Of a DNA stretch of 59,371 nucleotides, positions 28,884 through 38,294 are shown one piece after another. The DNA lies in assembly GCA_034435355.1 (NCBI GenBank), contig DAOTXE010000002.1, positions 1 through 59,371 on the forward strand, in the 5' to 3' direction. The first letter of the stretch is position 1. Each line of letters opens with the position of its first letter. Both the position numbers and the translations under genes were made by a program. The notes under the pieces are model-generated. The model was not told the DNA's origin, ran no database searches, and saw only the letters and a list, made by a program, of their open reading frames with translations. The DNA comes from Chloroflexota bacterium. Its GTDB lineage: Bacteria; Chloroflexota; Limnocylindria; Limnocylindrales; CSP1-4.

Positions 28884-29896
28884 GCAACGGACTGGAGCTC
28901 GTCCCAGCCCGGGCGTTCCTCGACCCTCGTCCGCGTGTCCGGCTCGAGCTGCAGCCGGGCGATCGCCTGGTTGCAGCGGCCGGCGAGGCCGTCAGCACCG
29001 GCGACGTGCTCGCCGAGCGGATCCGCGACCCTCGGCTCGTCGAGGTGCCCATGCCGCGGACGGCTGCCGACCAGGTCGTGCCGCTGCCCGGCACGTGGCT
29101 GCCCGTCCAGCACGCGCGCGGCGGCCGTCGCGTGGGCGCGCCCGCCGGGGAGCTCCTCTTCGAGCATGCCGGCCGCCGCCGTCTTGTGACGGGCGCCCAC
29201 CTCGACCTCCTTCATGCCCCCGGCGACGGCCGCATCGTCGCGGTGGAGCCCGGGGCCTCCGTCGTGCTCGACTTCGACGGGCCGGGCCTGTTCGCGACCG
29301 AGCTCCTCGGGCAGCCCACCTCGGGTCGATTGGTTCTCCTCCCCGACGAGTCCGACCCACGCCTCGCGATGGACATCGCGCTCGCCGGCGCGGTGGTGGT
29401 CGTCCCGGGCCGCGTCGACGCGGAGGCGCTCATACGAGCCCGCGCGATGGGGATTCACGGGGCGATCGTTGCGTCGCTCGCCGAGCGCGATCGGCGTGAC
29501 CTCGCGGCGTCAGCGGCCCGACAACAGGCTGGGCTTCACCGCCTGGCCCCCTTCGGCGTGCTGGTGCTGGGTGGGTTCCTCCGCCGCATGCTCCCGGCGG
29601 CCATCCGGGCCGTGCTCGAAGCGATCGCGGGCGACGTGGTCGGCCTGGTCGGCGATCCGCCCCTGCTGCTCCTGCCGCCGCGGAGCGTGCTGCCGATGCC
29701 GGCGCCGGACCGCCTGCTGGTTCGGGGCGGCCCCGAGGCCGGTCGAGAGGGCGGCTGGCTCGGGCCGGGCGGCTACCGGCGCCTCCGGGGCGGCGTCGCG
29801 TCGGAGACGGGACTCGTCGCCCTCGACGACGGACGGACGGTGGCAATCCCGATCGGGGACCTGGAGCGGTTCGTCGTCGCCACCCCGGGCGGCTAG
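28880..29896 (+). CDS. Hypothetical protein with barrel-sandwich-hybrid-like and C-terminal KOW/SH3-like segments
   Basis: PGDRLVAAAGEAVSTGDVLA and APGDGRIVAV (biotinyl/lipoyl-like half motifs), EALIRARAMGIHGAIV, VALDDGRTVAIP. Confidence 0.6.
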   Translation: MSNGLELVPARAFLDPRPRVRLELQPGDRLVAAAGEAVSTGDVLAERIRDPRLVEVPMPRTAADQVVPLPGTWLPVQHARGGRRVGAPAGELLFEHAGRRRLVTGAHLDLLHAPGDGRIVAVEPGASVVLDFDGPGLFATELLGQPTSGRLVLLPDESDPRLAMDIALAGAVVVVPGRVDAEALIRARAMGIHGAIVASLAERDRRDLAASAARQQAGLHRLAPFGVLVLGGFLRRMLPAAIRAVLEAIAGDVVGLVGDPPLLLLPPRSVLPMPAPDRLLVRGGPEAGREGGWLGPGGYRRLRGGVASETGLVALDDGRTVAIPIGDLERFVVATPGG

Positions 29897-29905
29897 GCGC
29901 TGCGG

Positions 29906-30376
29906 ATGACCACCTACCCGCACGTGCTCAGCCTCACCGCTCTCGACGCCGCCGCGACGCGTGCCGTCGGCGAGCGCCTGGGGGCATCAGCCGCAGCCGG
30001 CGACGTCATCGCGCTGACCGGGCCACTCGGGGCCGGCAAGACGGAGCTCGCCCGGGGGATCGCCCAAGGGCTCGACGTCGCCGGTCCGGTCAGCTCGCCG
30101 ACCTTCGTTCTCGTTGCCGAGCACGAGGGACGTCTGCCGCTCTTCCACGTGGACGGCTATCGTCTCGCCGGTCCCGAGGACGCGCTCGCCGCGGGGCTCC
30201 TCGACGAGCGGGGAGCCGAGGGGGTCACCGTGGTGGAGTGGGCCGAGCGCCTCGAGATTGCCCTGCCGGCTGGACGGCTCGAGATCCGGATCGACGGAGC
30301 GGGCGACGACCCCAGGACGCTTGCCTGCCGGGCGACCGACGCCCGCCACGCGCGCCTGCTGGAGTCGCTGAGATGA
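29906..30376 (+). CDS. tsaE: t6A biosynthesis ATPase TsaE
   Basis: LTGPLGAGKT, VSSPTF, HVDGYRL, VVEWAE. Confidence 0.97.
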   Translation: MTTYPHVLSLTALDAAATRAVGERLGASAAAGDVIALTGPLGAGKTELARGIAQGLDVAGPVSSPTFVLVAEHEGRLPLFHVDGYRLAGPEDALAAGLLDERGAEGVTVVEWAERLEIALPAGRLEIRIDGAGDDPRTLACRATDARHARLLESLR

Positions 30377-31086
30377 CGGCCCGCCGGGCGAGCGGCCTGC
30401 TCCTCGCGATCGACACGGCCACCGCCCGGGTCGTGCTGGCCCTCGGAACCGGCGCTGGAACGCTGCTCGCGGCGGAGACGTGGATGGCCGGCCATCGCCA
30501 CGTCGAGGAGCTCCTGCCGCGTCTCGAGGCACTGCTCGAGGACCAGGGGCTGGATCGGGAGGCGCTCGCCGGAATGGCGGGGATCGTCGTCGGGACCGGC
30601 CCGGGTGCCTTCACCGGACTCCGCGTCGGGCTCGCGACGGCGAAGGCTCTCGCAGTCGCGCTCCGCATGCCGCTCGCCGCGGTCGGGACCGGGGTCGCGC
30701 TCCTCGCCGCGGCCGAAGCGGCCGATCCCACGGTCCCCGCGGAGCGGCTCGTGCTTCTCCTGCCCGCGGGTCCTGGGAGTCGCTACCTGGTGACGCCCAC
30801 CGGCACGCGGCTTGTCACCGAAGCCGGCCCGCTCGACCTGCCCCCCGACGCGGTGATCGTGGCGGTGGACCTCCCCGGGCGAGCGCCGGATCTCGCGCTG
30901 GCCCGCGGCGCGGCCGCCCTGGACCAGCTTCCGGGAATCCTCCTGCGGCTCGGCGCCGCAAAGCTCTCCGCGGGATCGGCCGACGATCCCGCGGGTGTCG
31001 TGCCGGAATACGTGTCCCTGCCGCGTGGCGCGCATGCAGCCCCGCCCGCAGAGGCGGTGACGCCGTGGTCGCCCGGCCCCCGGTGA
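30373..31086 (+). CDS. tsaB: t6A biosynthesis protein TsaB
   Basis: LLAIDTAT, HVEELLP, VGTGPGAFTGLRVG. Confidence 0.92.
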   Translation: MTARRASGLLLAIDTATARVVLALGTGAGTLLAAETWMAGHRHVEELLPRLEALLEDQGLDREALAGMAGIVVGTGPGAFTGLRVGLATAKALAVALRMPLAAVGTGVALLAAAEAADPTVPAERLVLLLPAGPGSRYLVTPTGTRLVTEAGPLDLPPDAVIVAVDLPGRAPDLALARGAAALDQLPGILLRLGAAKLSAGSADDPAGVVPEYVSLPRGAHAAPPAEAVTPWSPGPR

Positions 31087-31631
31087 GGCTCGTGATCGAG
31101 CCGATGACCTTCGACGACCTGCCGGCGGTGCAGGAGATCGAGCGCGCCAGCTTCACGACTCCCTGGCCTGCCCACGCCTACCAGGCCGAGCTGGAGACGA
31201 ACAAGCTCGCCCGCTACCTCGTCGTGCGCGCGGGGCGCGAGGTGGTCGCCTACGCGGGGATCTGGCTGCTGGTGGACGAGGCGCATATCACGACCTTCGC
31301 GGTCGCGCCCGCGTGGCGCAGGCAACGCGTCGGGGAGCGCCTCCTCATCGCCGTCCTCGACCTGTCCATGGCGCGGGGGGCGCGCGAAGCGACGCTCGAG
31401 GTTCGCCTCTCCAACCTTCCGGCGCGCCGCCTCTACGAGAAGTACGGCTTCCGGCCGGTCGGCATCCGGCCGCGCTACTACAGCGACGACCACGAGGACG
31501 CGCTGATCATGACCACCGAGCCGCTCCGGTCGCCCGCGATGCGGGCCCTCCTGGCGGACCTCGGCGCCGAGCTGGCAGCGCTCCCCGATCCGGAGCCGCC
31601 CGCCGGCCCGCCGACCCAGGCCGCGCCATGA
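31065..31631 (+). CDS. rimI: Ribosomal-protein alanine N-acetyltransferase
   Basis: IE..SFTTPW, DEAHITTFAV..WRRQRVG, TLEVRLSN..ARRLYEKYGF..GIRPRYY..EDALIM; start uncertain. Confidence 0.93.
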   Translation: MVARPPVRLVIEPMTFDDLPAVQEIERASFTTPWPAHAYQAELETNKLARYLVVRAGREVVAYAGIWLLVDEAHITTFAVAPAWRRQRVGERLLIAVLDLSMARGAREATLEVRLSNLPARRLYEKYGFRPVGIRPRYYSDDHEDALIMTTEPLRSPAMRALLADLGAELAALPDPEPPAGPPTQAAP

Positions 31632-32830
31632 GCGGCCGCGCGTCGCTGGTGCTCGCGATCGAGTCGTCCTGCGACGAGACCGGGGTCGCTCTCGTCGCCG
31701 GCGGGCGCCGGATCCTGGCCCAGTCCGTGGCCAGCCAGATCGCGCTCCACGCCCCCGCCGGCGGGATCGTGCCCGAGGTTGCCGCGCGCGCTCACCTGCG
31801 CTGGATCGTGCCGGCGCTCACGGACGTCCTCGACACGGCGGGCGTTGGGATCTCCGAGGTCGACGCGATTGCCGTGACCGCCGGCCCCGGCCTCGCCGGG
31901 TCGCTCCTGGTGGGCATCGCCTTCGCGAAGACGCTCGCCTGGGCCCACGGGCGTCCGCTCGTCGGCGTCAACCACCTCGAGGGACACCTCTACGCCGCAT
32001 GGCTTCTGGACCCGGACGAGCCGGAGCGGCCGGCGCCGCCCTTCCCGCTCGTAGCGCTGGTTGCCTCGGGCGGACACACCTTCCTCGTGGAGATGCGCGA
32101 GCACATCGCCTACCGGCTCCTGGGGGAGACCGTCGACGACGCGGCCGGCGAGGCGTTCGACAAGGCCGGCCGCCTGCTCGGCCTCGGGTACCCGGGCGGG
32201 CCCGCGATTGCGGCGGCGGCGGCGGACGCACGCCGACGCGACGTTCCGCTGCCCCGGGCCTGGCTCGGACCGTCGTACGACTTCAGCTTCTCGGGCCTGA
32301 AGACGGCGCTGCGTCGCGCGGTGGAATCGGAGCTGGCCGCGGCCGGCCGGCCGGCCAGCGATGCGGGCGGGCGTCTCGACGCGGAACGGGTCTCGGAGCT
32401 GGCCTGGGGTGTCCAGGAAGCGATCGTCGACGTGCTGGCCACGAAGACCCTGCGCTCGGCCGACGAGACCGCCGCCCGGGCGATCGTGCTGGGCGGCGGC
32501 GTCGCCTCGAACGTGGCCCTCCGCGAGCGCATCGCGGCCGGGTCCGCTGCCCGTGGCCTGCCTCTCTTCGTGCCGCGTCCCGGCCTCTGCACGGACAACG
32601 GGGCGATGATCGGGGCGGCGGGCTGGCAGCGGTTCGCTGCCGGCGAGCGTGCCGGCCGCGACCTCGGGGCGCGGCCGGCCTGGCCGCTGGTCCGTCCGGC
32701 GGGCGCCCCGGACTCCCGACGCCCGCCCCGCAGGGGAGCCGCCGGGCGCGCGTACGAGGCCGCCCTGGCGGCCGAGCGGGACGCTGCCGGCCGGACGTCG
32801 ATCGCGACGACGCGCGGTGGCCTCCGGTGA
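31628..32830 (+). CDS. tsaD: tRNA N6-adenosine threonylcarbamoyltransferase TsaD
   Basis: LAIESSCDETG, GGIVPEVAARAH, GPGLAGSL, VNHLEGH, SGGHT, DDAAGEAFDK, DFSFSGLKTA, CTDNGAMI. Confidence 0.98.
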   Translation: MSGRASLVLAIESSCDETGVALVAGGRRILAQSVASQIALHAPAGGIVPEVAARAHLRWIVPALTDVLDTAGVGISEVDAIAVTAGPGLAGSLLVGIAFAKTLAWAHGRPLVGVNHLEGHLYAAWLLDPDEPERPAPPFPLVALVASGGHTFLVEMREHIAYRLLGETVDDAAGEAFDKAGRLLGLGYPGGPAIAAAAADARRRDVPLPRAWLGPSYDFSFSGLKTALRRAVESELAAAGRPASDAGGRLDAERVSELAWGVQEAIVDVLATKTLRSADETAARAIVLGGGVASNVALRERIAAGSAARGLPLFVPRPGLCTDNGAMIGAAGWQRFAAGERAGRDLGARPAWPLVRPAGAPDSRRPPRRGAAGRAYEAALAAERDAAGRTSIATTRGGLR

Positions 32831-33786
32831 GCGCGGTGCGCCTGGACCCGGGCGAGATCCGCCGGACGCTCCGCGCGGCCGGCCTGCGTCCGCAGCGGCG
32901 CTTCAGCCAGAACTTCCTGGTCGATGTCGAGGTGCTCGAAGCGATCCTCGAGGAAGCGAAGCCGGCGGCCGGCAGGACGGTCCTCGAGATCGGGCCCGGC
33001 CTGGGGATCCTCACCGGCGGCCTGCTCGGCGCCGGGGCCGCGGTCACCGCGGTGGAGCTCGACCGCGGGATGGTGGAGCACCTCGCCGCGACATTCGCCG
33101 CCGCGATTGCCGCCGCCGGCGACGGGCCGCCCCCGCCGGCTGCGGCCCCTCCCGGATCGCTCCGCCTCGTTGCCGGCGACGTGCTCGAGACCGACCTGGC
33201 GGGCCTCGTCGAGGCGCCGTTCGATGTCGTCGCAAACCTGCCGTATCACGTCACGAGCCCGATCCTGCACCGGCTCCTGGGCGCGGAGCCACGTCCCGAG
33301 CGCTGTGTCCTGATGCTCCAGCGGGAGGTCGCGGAGCGGGTTGCCGCGCGCCCGGGCGCGATGAGCTACCTGTCCGTCTTCGTCCAGTACCAGGCGGCCG
33401 CGGCAGTCGTTCACCTCGTCCCGAGGGATGCCTTCGAGCCCGCCCCGGCGGTCGACTCCGCGGTCGTCTCGCTGGACGTGCGGGCCGCCGGCGAGCCGGG
33501 TCGCCTCCCCCCGGAGATGGAGGACCATCTCTGGCGGCTGGTGCAGGCCGGCTTCCGGGAGCGCCGGAAGATGCTGCGAAACGTCCTCGGCCGGCAGCTC
33601 CCGCTGAGTCAGGAGCGCGTGGACGGGGCGCTCGCCCAGACGGGCATCGAGGGTGATCGGCGCCCGCAGACCCTGTCGGTGGCCGATTGGATCAGGCTGC
33701 TCGGCGCGCTCGGGCCGCTGCCGCCCGACGCCAGGGGTCGTCGCGACGGCGCCGGCCCCCGCCGCGGCGCCGGCCGCGCCACGTGA
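32827..33786 (+). CDS. rsmA: 16S rRNA m6,2A dimethyltransferase RsmA/KsgA
   Basis: FSQNFL, VLEIGPGLGILT, VELD, VVANLPYHVTSP, LMLQREVAER, FEPAPAVDSAV, QRRK-like RERRK. Confidence 0.96.
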   Translation: MSAVRLDPGEIRRTLRAAGLRPQRRFSQNFLVDVEVLEAILEEAKPAAGRTVLEIGPGLGILTGGLLGAGAAVTAVELDRGMVEHLAATFAAAIAAAGDGPPPPAAAPPGSLRLVAGDVLETDLAGLVEAPFDVVANLPYHVTSPILHRLLGAEPRPERCVLMLQREVAERVAARPGAMSYLSVFVQYQAAAAVVHLVPRDAFEPAPAVDSAVVSLDVRAAGEPGRLPPEMEDHLWRLVQAGFRERRKMLRNVLGRQLPLSQERVDGALAQTGIEGDRRPQTLSVADWIRLLGALGPLPPDARGRRDGAGPRRGAGRAT

Positions 33787-33796
33787 ACGGCGCGCG

Positions 33797-34843
33797 ATGA
33801 ACGACGGGCTGCGTCGCCTGACGCCGGCGGTGCGCCTCGCCCCGGCCAAGCTCAACCTCACGCTCGGGGTCACGGGCCGCCGCGATGACGGCTTCCACGC
33901 GCTCCACTCGGTCATGGTGCCGCTCGAGATCGCGGACCGGCTCGCGCTCGCGAACGGCTTCGCGCCCGGGGACCGCCTCCACGTCACCGGTCCGGAAGCG
34001 GTCTACCTCGGCCCGCCCGACCGCAACCTCGTCATGCGCGCGATCGGCGCGGCGCGGGACGCCTGCCGTGCGCAGTCCGTCGACCTGCCGCTGCCCGCAC
34101 TTGCCGCTCGACTCGAGAAGCGGATCCCGGTCGCGGCGGGCCTCGGGGGCGGCAGCAGCGATGCAGCGGCGGCGCTCGACGCGGCGCTCGAGGCGTGGGG
34201 TGCGGGGGAAGCGCTGTCGCCATCGGACCGGGCGTCCGTCGCGGCCGGCCTGGGGTCGGACGTGCCGTTCTTCCTGGCGGGCGGCTGGGCCCTGGTCGAA
34301 GGCCGCGGCGAGCGGGTCACGCGGCTGCCCGCGCCGCGCGGCCCGGCGCCGGCCGTGCTGCTCGTGACGCCCGGGCTGGCGGTCTCGACCAGCGCCGTCT
34401 TCGCATCCTACGCCGGCGGAATTCGGCCGGCGCCGGGAGCCGCGCTGGCCTCGTCGCGCCACCTCGCGGCCGAGCTGGCCGCCGGGATGACGGCTGCAAC
34501 GTTCGCCCAGCGAGCGGGGATCCTTGCCGTCGCGAACGACCTGGCGCTGGCCACGGCCGCGATCGTTCCCCGGCTCGTGCCGTTCCGGCGCGCCCTTGGA
34601 CGTCTCCTCGGGCGGCCCGCCGGTCAATCCGGGTCGGGCCCGACGCTCTGGGTCCTCTATCCTTCCATCGAGGACGCGGAGTCGGCCGCGTCGCTCGTCC
34701 GGGAAGCGCTGGCCACGGGTGACATCGTCGCCCCGGGCGAGCGGCCCGCCTTCATCGTGGCGACGAGGATCGTCGTCGACGTCCCGGCCGCGTCCGCCAC
34801 GAGTGAGTCGCCAGACGCGCACATTCACCGGGGAGGAACCTGA
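33797..34843 (+). CDS. ispE: 4-diphosphocytidyl-2-C-methyl-D-erythritol kinase
   Basis: APAKLNLTL.V.GRRDDGFH.L.SV, KRIPVAAGLGGGSSDAA, LGSDVPFF, SGSGPT. Confidence 0.95.
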   Translation: MNDGLRRLTPAVRLAPAKLNLTLGVTGRRDDGFHALHSVMVPLEIADRLALANGFAPGDRLHVTGPEAVYLGPPDRNLVMRAIGAARDACRAQSVDLPLPALAARLEKRIPVAAGLGGGSSDAAAALDAALEAWGAGEALSPSDRASVAAGLGSDVPFFLAGGWALVEGRGERVTRLPAPRGPAPAVLLVTPGLAVSTSAVFASYAGGIRPAPGAALASSRHLAAELAAGMTAATFAQRAGILAVANDLALATAAIVPRLVPFRRALGRLLGRPAGQSGSGPTLWVLYPSIEDAESAASLVREALATGDIVAPGERPAFIVATRIVVDVPAASATSESPDAHIHRGGT

Positions 34844-35229
34844 TGTCCCGCATCGCCATCTCGACCTCGCACGCTCCGGCCGCCATCGGGCCGTACAGCC
34901 AGGCGATCCGCTCCGACGGCCTCCTGTTCTGCTCGGGCCAGCTCGGTCTGGATCCCGCGACCGGCGACCTCGTGGCCGGCGACGTCGCGGCCCAGGCCGG
35001 CCAGGCGCTGCGCAATCTCTCCGCCGTGCTCGAGGTGGCCGGCCTGACGTTCGCGGACGTGGTGAAGACGACGATCTTCCTCGCCGATATGGCGGACTTC
35101 GCGACCGTCAACGGGGTGTACGGGCGCGTCGTCACGGACCCTCCGCCGGCGCGCTCGACCGTCGCCGTCGCCGCGCTGCCGAAGGGCGGCCTCGTTGAGA
35201 TCGAGGCGATCGCGCGACTCGCCGCCTGA
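34843..35229 (+). CDS. ridA: RidA family enamine/imine deaminase
   Basis: APAAIGPYSQA, SGQLG, VVKTTIFL, PPARS, LPKG.LVEIE. Confidence 0.95.
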   Translation: MSRIAISTSHAPAAIGPYSQAIRSDGLLFCSGQLGLDPATGDLVAGDVAAQAGQALRNLSAVLEVAGLTFADVVKTTIFLADMADFATVNGVYGRVVTDPPPARSTVAVAALPKGGLVEIEAIARLAA

Positions 35230-35267
35230 TGGACCACGTGGCGAGGCGGGCCGGCCGCCGGCCGTGT

Positions 35268-35297
35268 TTGACACGTCCGTCGCGCGGAACCTACGCT
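35268..35297 (+). promoter_or_regulatory. sigma70-type promoter for glmU
   Basis: Perfect TTGACA, 18-nt spacer, TACGCT. Confidence 0.65.
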
Positions 35298-35310
35298 CTC
35301 GTGAACCCAG

Positions 35311-36921
35311 ATGCCCACTGAGCAACCCAGTCCGCGCGGTGCACGCGCGGAACCCGCTCCCGAGGTCCCGCCGTCGCAGGACCGGGAGATCGAGTCCGCC
35401 CCCCCGATGAAGATGCGGCCCACCCCCAGCCTCGCCGGACACGCGGAAGCCGCCCGGAGCGACGGGCCGGTTGCCGTGGTGCTCGCCGGCGGCCTGGGAA
35501 CCCGGATGCGGTCCTCGCTGCCGAAGCTGCTCCACCCGCTCTGCGGTCGACCGATGCTGGCGTATGTCGTCGCGGCCGCGCGCGCCGCGACCGGACGCGA
35601 TCCCGTCGTGGTGACCTCGCCCGCGACGGCCGCGGTGCGCGACGCGTTCCCGGCCGGGATGTTCTTCGCGCTCCAGGAGCACCCCGACGGGTCGGGCGAC
35701 GCCGTCCGCGCGGCCCTGCGGGCCGTTCCCGCCGACGCGCGCGAGGTGGTCGTGCTCAATGGCGACGTTCCGCTTGTCGAGCCCCATATCGTCGGAGATC
35801 TGCTCGAGCGCCGGCGCAGTGCGCAGGCAGCCATCGCGCTCGTCACGTTCGAGGCCTGGGAAGCCGGCTCGCTGGGCCGCGTGATCCGGACGCCCGACGG
35901 TGAGCGGGTCGCACGGCTCGTCGAGGCGAGCGACGCGAGCGCCGACGAGCTCGCCGTCAGCGAGGTGAACGCCGGGCTCTACGCGTTCGATGCCGCCTGG
36001 CTCCGGGCAGCGATCGGGCGCCTGACGCCGTCCGGGGCCACCGGCGAGTACTACGTCACGCAGCTCGTCGACCTCGCGGTGGCGGACGGGCGGGTCGTGG
36101 TCGCCCACGAGGTGCCCGACGACGGCTCGCTCACCGGGATCAACGATCGAGCCCAGCTCGCCGAGGCGACCGTCATGCTGCGGGAGCGCATCAACCTCGG
36201 CTGGCTCCGGGCCGGGGTCACGATGCACGACCCGGCGACCGCGTACATCGATGCCGACGTGGACCTGGCGCCCGACGTCACCCTCGAGGCGAACGTGACC
36301 CTGCGCGGACGGACGCGGGTGGCGGAGGGGAGCGTGATCGGCTCGGGGAGCCAGCTCGTCGACAGCACCGTCGGACCCCGGTGCCGGATCTGGGCCAGCG
36401 TCCTCGAGCGGGCCAGCGTGGAGGAGGGGAGCACGGTCGGGCCCTTCAGTCACCTTCGCCCGGGCAGCTCGATCGGGCCGAACGTCGAGCTGGGCAACTT
36501 CGCGGAGGTGAAGAACAGCCGCCTCGAGCGCGGCGTGAAGCAGCACCATGTCAGCTACATGGGCGATGCGCATGTCGGCGCGGGCACGAACATCGGCGCA
36601 GGAACGATCACCGCCAACTACGACGGCGTCACCAAGCACCACACGGAGATTGGGGAGGGGGTCTTCCTGGGCGTCGACACGATGCTCCGCGCGCCCGTCA
36701 CGATCGGTGACGGGGCCAAGACGGGTGCCGGCGCGGTCGTCACGCGCGACGTCCCGCCCGGGACTCTGGCCGTGGGCGTGCCCGCCCGGATCCGCGAGAT
36801 CCGTTCGCCGGGGGCAGGCGCCGCGCAGGCCGATCTCGCGCCGCCGGACGATGCCACTCCGCCGGCCGACGCGCCCGCCGGGTCCCCCGCGGCTGGCCCA
36901 GGGCCGGCGACCGGGCGCTGA
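35311..36921 (+). CDS. glmU: Bifunctional UDP-GlcNAc pyrophosphorylase / GlcN-1-P acetyltransferase
   Basis: VLAGGLGTRMRS.LPKLLH, NGDVPL, GEYY, GINDR, GPFSHLRP, GNFAEVK, HVSYMGDA, GAGTITANYDG; start uncertain. Confidence 0.97.
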   Translation: MPTEQPSPRGARAEPAPEVPPSQDREIESAPPMKMRPTPSLAGHAEAARSDGPVAVVLAGGLGTRMRSSLPKLLHPLCGRPMLAYVVAAARAATGRDPVVVTSPATAAVRDAFPAGMFFALQEHPDGSGDAVRAALRAVPADAREVVVLNGDVPLVEPHIVGDLLERRRSAQAAIALVTFEAWEAGSLGRVIRTPDGERVARLVEASDASADELAVSEVNAGLYAFDAAWLRAAIGRLTPSGATGEYYVTQLVDLAVADGRVVVAHEVPDDGSLTGINDRAQLAEATVMLRERINLGWLRAGVTMHDPATAYIDADVDLAPDVTLEANVTLRGRTRVAEGSVIGSGSQLVDSTVGPRCRIWASVLERASVEEGSTVGPFSHLRPGSSIGPNVELGNFAEVKNSRLERGVKQHHVSYMGDAHVGAGTNIGAGTITANYDGVTKHHTEIGEGVFLGVDTMLRAPVTIGDGAKTGAGAVVTRDVPPGTLAVGVPARIREIRSPGAGAAQADLAPPDDATPPADAPAGSPAAGPGPATGR

Positions 36922-38270
36922 TGGATCTCGTCGTCCAGCTCGGCGTCATCGTCGTCCTGACCCTGCTGGAGGGGTTCTTCGTCGCTGCCGAGATCGCGCT
37001 CGTCTCGATCCGCCACAGCCGTGTGGACCAGCTCGTGGACGAGGGGGATCGCGCCGCGCGGCGGGTCCGCGGGCTGCTCGAGAACCCGGCGCGCTTCCTG
37101 GCCGTCTCCCAGCTCGGCCTCACGTTGCTCGGGTTCTTCGCCTCGGCGTTTGCGGCCGTCAGCCTTGCGGACGGCCTTGCTTCGTTGCTGGTCCGGGTCG
37201 ACGCGCTGCGCGACGGCGCCCACGCGATCTCCCTCGTCATCGTCACGATCGTCATTGCCCTCTTCACGATCGTCTTCGCCGAGCTGGTTCCGAAGACCCT
37301 TGCGCTCGCCCACACGGAGCGATTCGCCTTGTCCCTCGCGCAACCGATCGAGGTGATCGCCCGTGTTCTGAGCCCGGTGATCAGCCTCCTGACCGGGCTG
37401 ACCAGGGCCGTCGCAGGCCTCTTCGGGGCGCGCGTTTCCGCGGACGCCCAGATCAGCGCCGAGGAGCTGAAGCTGATCGTGGAGCGCGGCGGCGAGCAGG
37501 GCGTCCTCGAGGCCGAGGAGGAGCAGATGATCAACGCGGTCATCGAGCTCGGCGAGCGACGCGTCCACGAGGTGATGGTCCCCCGGATCGACATCGTGGG
37601 CCTCGACGTCGACGGGACGTTCGAGGAGGCCGTGGACCGCATCATCGCCGAGGGCCACAGCCGGTTGCCCGTCTGGGAGCGTTCGGTCGACCAGGTCGTC
37701 GGGATCCTGTACGCGAAGGATCTTCTGCCCTTCCTCAAGGAGGCATCCGCCGAGCCGCCGCCGATCCGCGCCCTTCTCCGAACGCCCCTCTTTGTCCCCG
37801 AGTCGATCACGATCGACGACCTTCTGCGCCAGCTCCAGGGCCGCAAGGTCCATCTCGCCGTCGTCCTCGACGAGTACGGGGGGACCGCCGGGCTCGTCAC
37901 GATCGAGGACCTCCTCGAGGAGATCGTGGGCGAGATTCAGGACGAGTACGACGTCGAGGAGCCGATGGTCGTTCGGCTCGACGACGACCGGGCGCGGATC
38001 GACGGGCGTGCATCGGTCGACGAGCTCGGGGAGCTCTGGGACGACCTCGACGTCGACGCGCTCCTGGAAGACCGGGAGGAGTACGACACGCTGGGCGGCT
38101 TGCTCTTCCACCGGATCGGCGGTGTCCCGAAGCCCGGCGACCAGGTCCGCGTCGGCGCGCTCACCTTGACCGTGGAGACGACCGACGGGCGGCGTGCCGG
38201 GAAGGTCCTTGCCGTCCGCGAGCGCCCGGATGCCGAGCAGGGCAACGATTCAGGCGACGCCGACCACTGA
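36921..38270 (+). CDS. HlyC/CorC (CNNM-CBS-CorC) family membrane protein
   Basis: FFVAAEIALV, ELVPKTLA, EVMVPR, HSRLPV, VVLDEYGGTAGLVTIEDLLEEIVGEIQDEYD, TLGG. Confidence 0.95.
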   Translation: MDLVVQLGVIVVLTLLEGFFVAAEIALVSIRHSRVDQLVDEGDRAARRVRGLLENPARFLAVSQLGLTLLGFFASAFAAVSLADGLASLLVRVDALRDGAHAISLVIVTIVIALFTIVFAELVPKTLALAHTERFALSLAQPIEVIARVLSPVISLLTGLTRAVAGLFGARVSADAQISAEELKLIVERGGEQGVLEAEEEQMINAVIELGERRVHEVMVPRIDIVGLDVDGTFEEAVDRIIAEGHSRLPVWERSVDQVVGILYAKDLLPFLKEASAEPPPIRALLRTPLFVPESITIDDLLRQLQGRKVHLAVVLDEYGGTAGLVTIEDLLEEIVGEIQDEYDVEEPMVVRLDDDRARIDGRASVDELGELWDDLDVDALLEDREEYDTLGGLLFHRIGGVPKPGDQVRVGALTLTVETTDGRRAGKVLAVRERPDAEQGNDSGDADH

Positions 38271-38294
38271 TCGTCGGCCGCCCGGCTTCCTCGC

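Noticed and set aside
21639-29458. Very long antisense ORFs (e.g. 21639-24191, 24219-26201, 26711-29458)
   Set aside because: Arg/Pro/Gly-rich with no motifs, lying opposite well-supported genes; expected from GC3 bias
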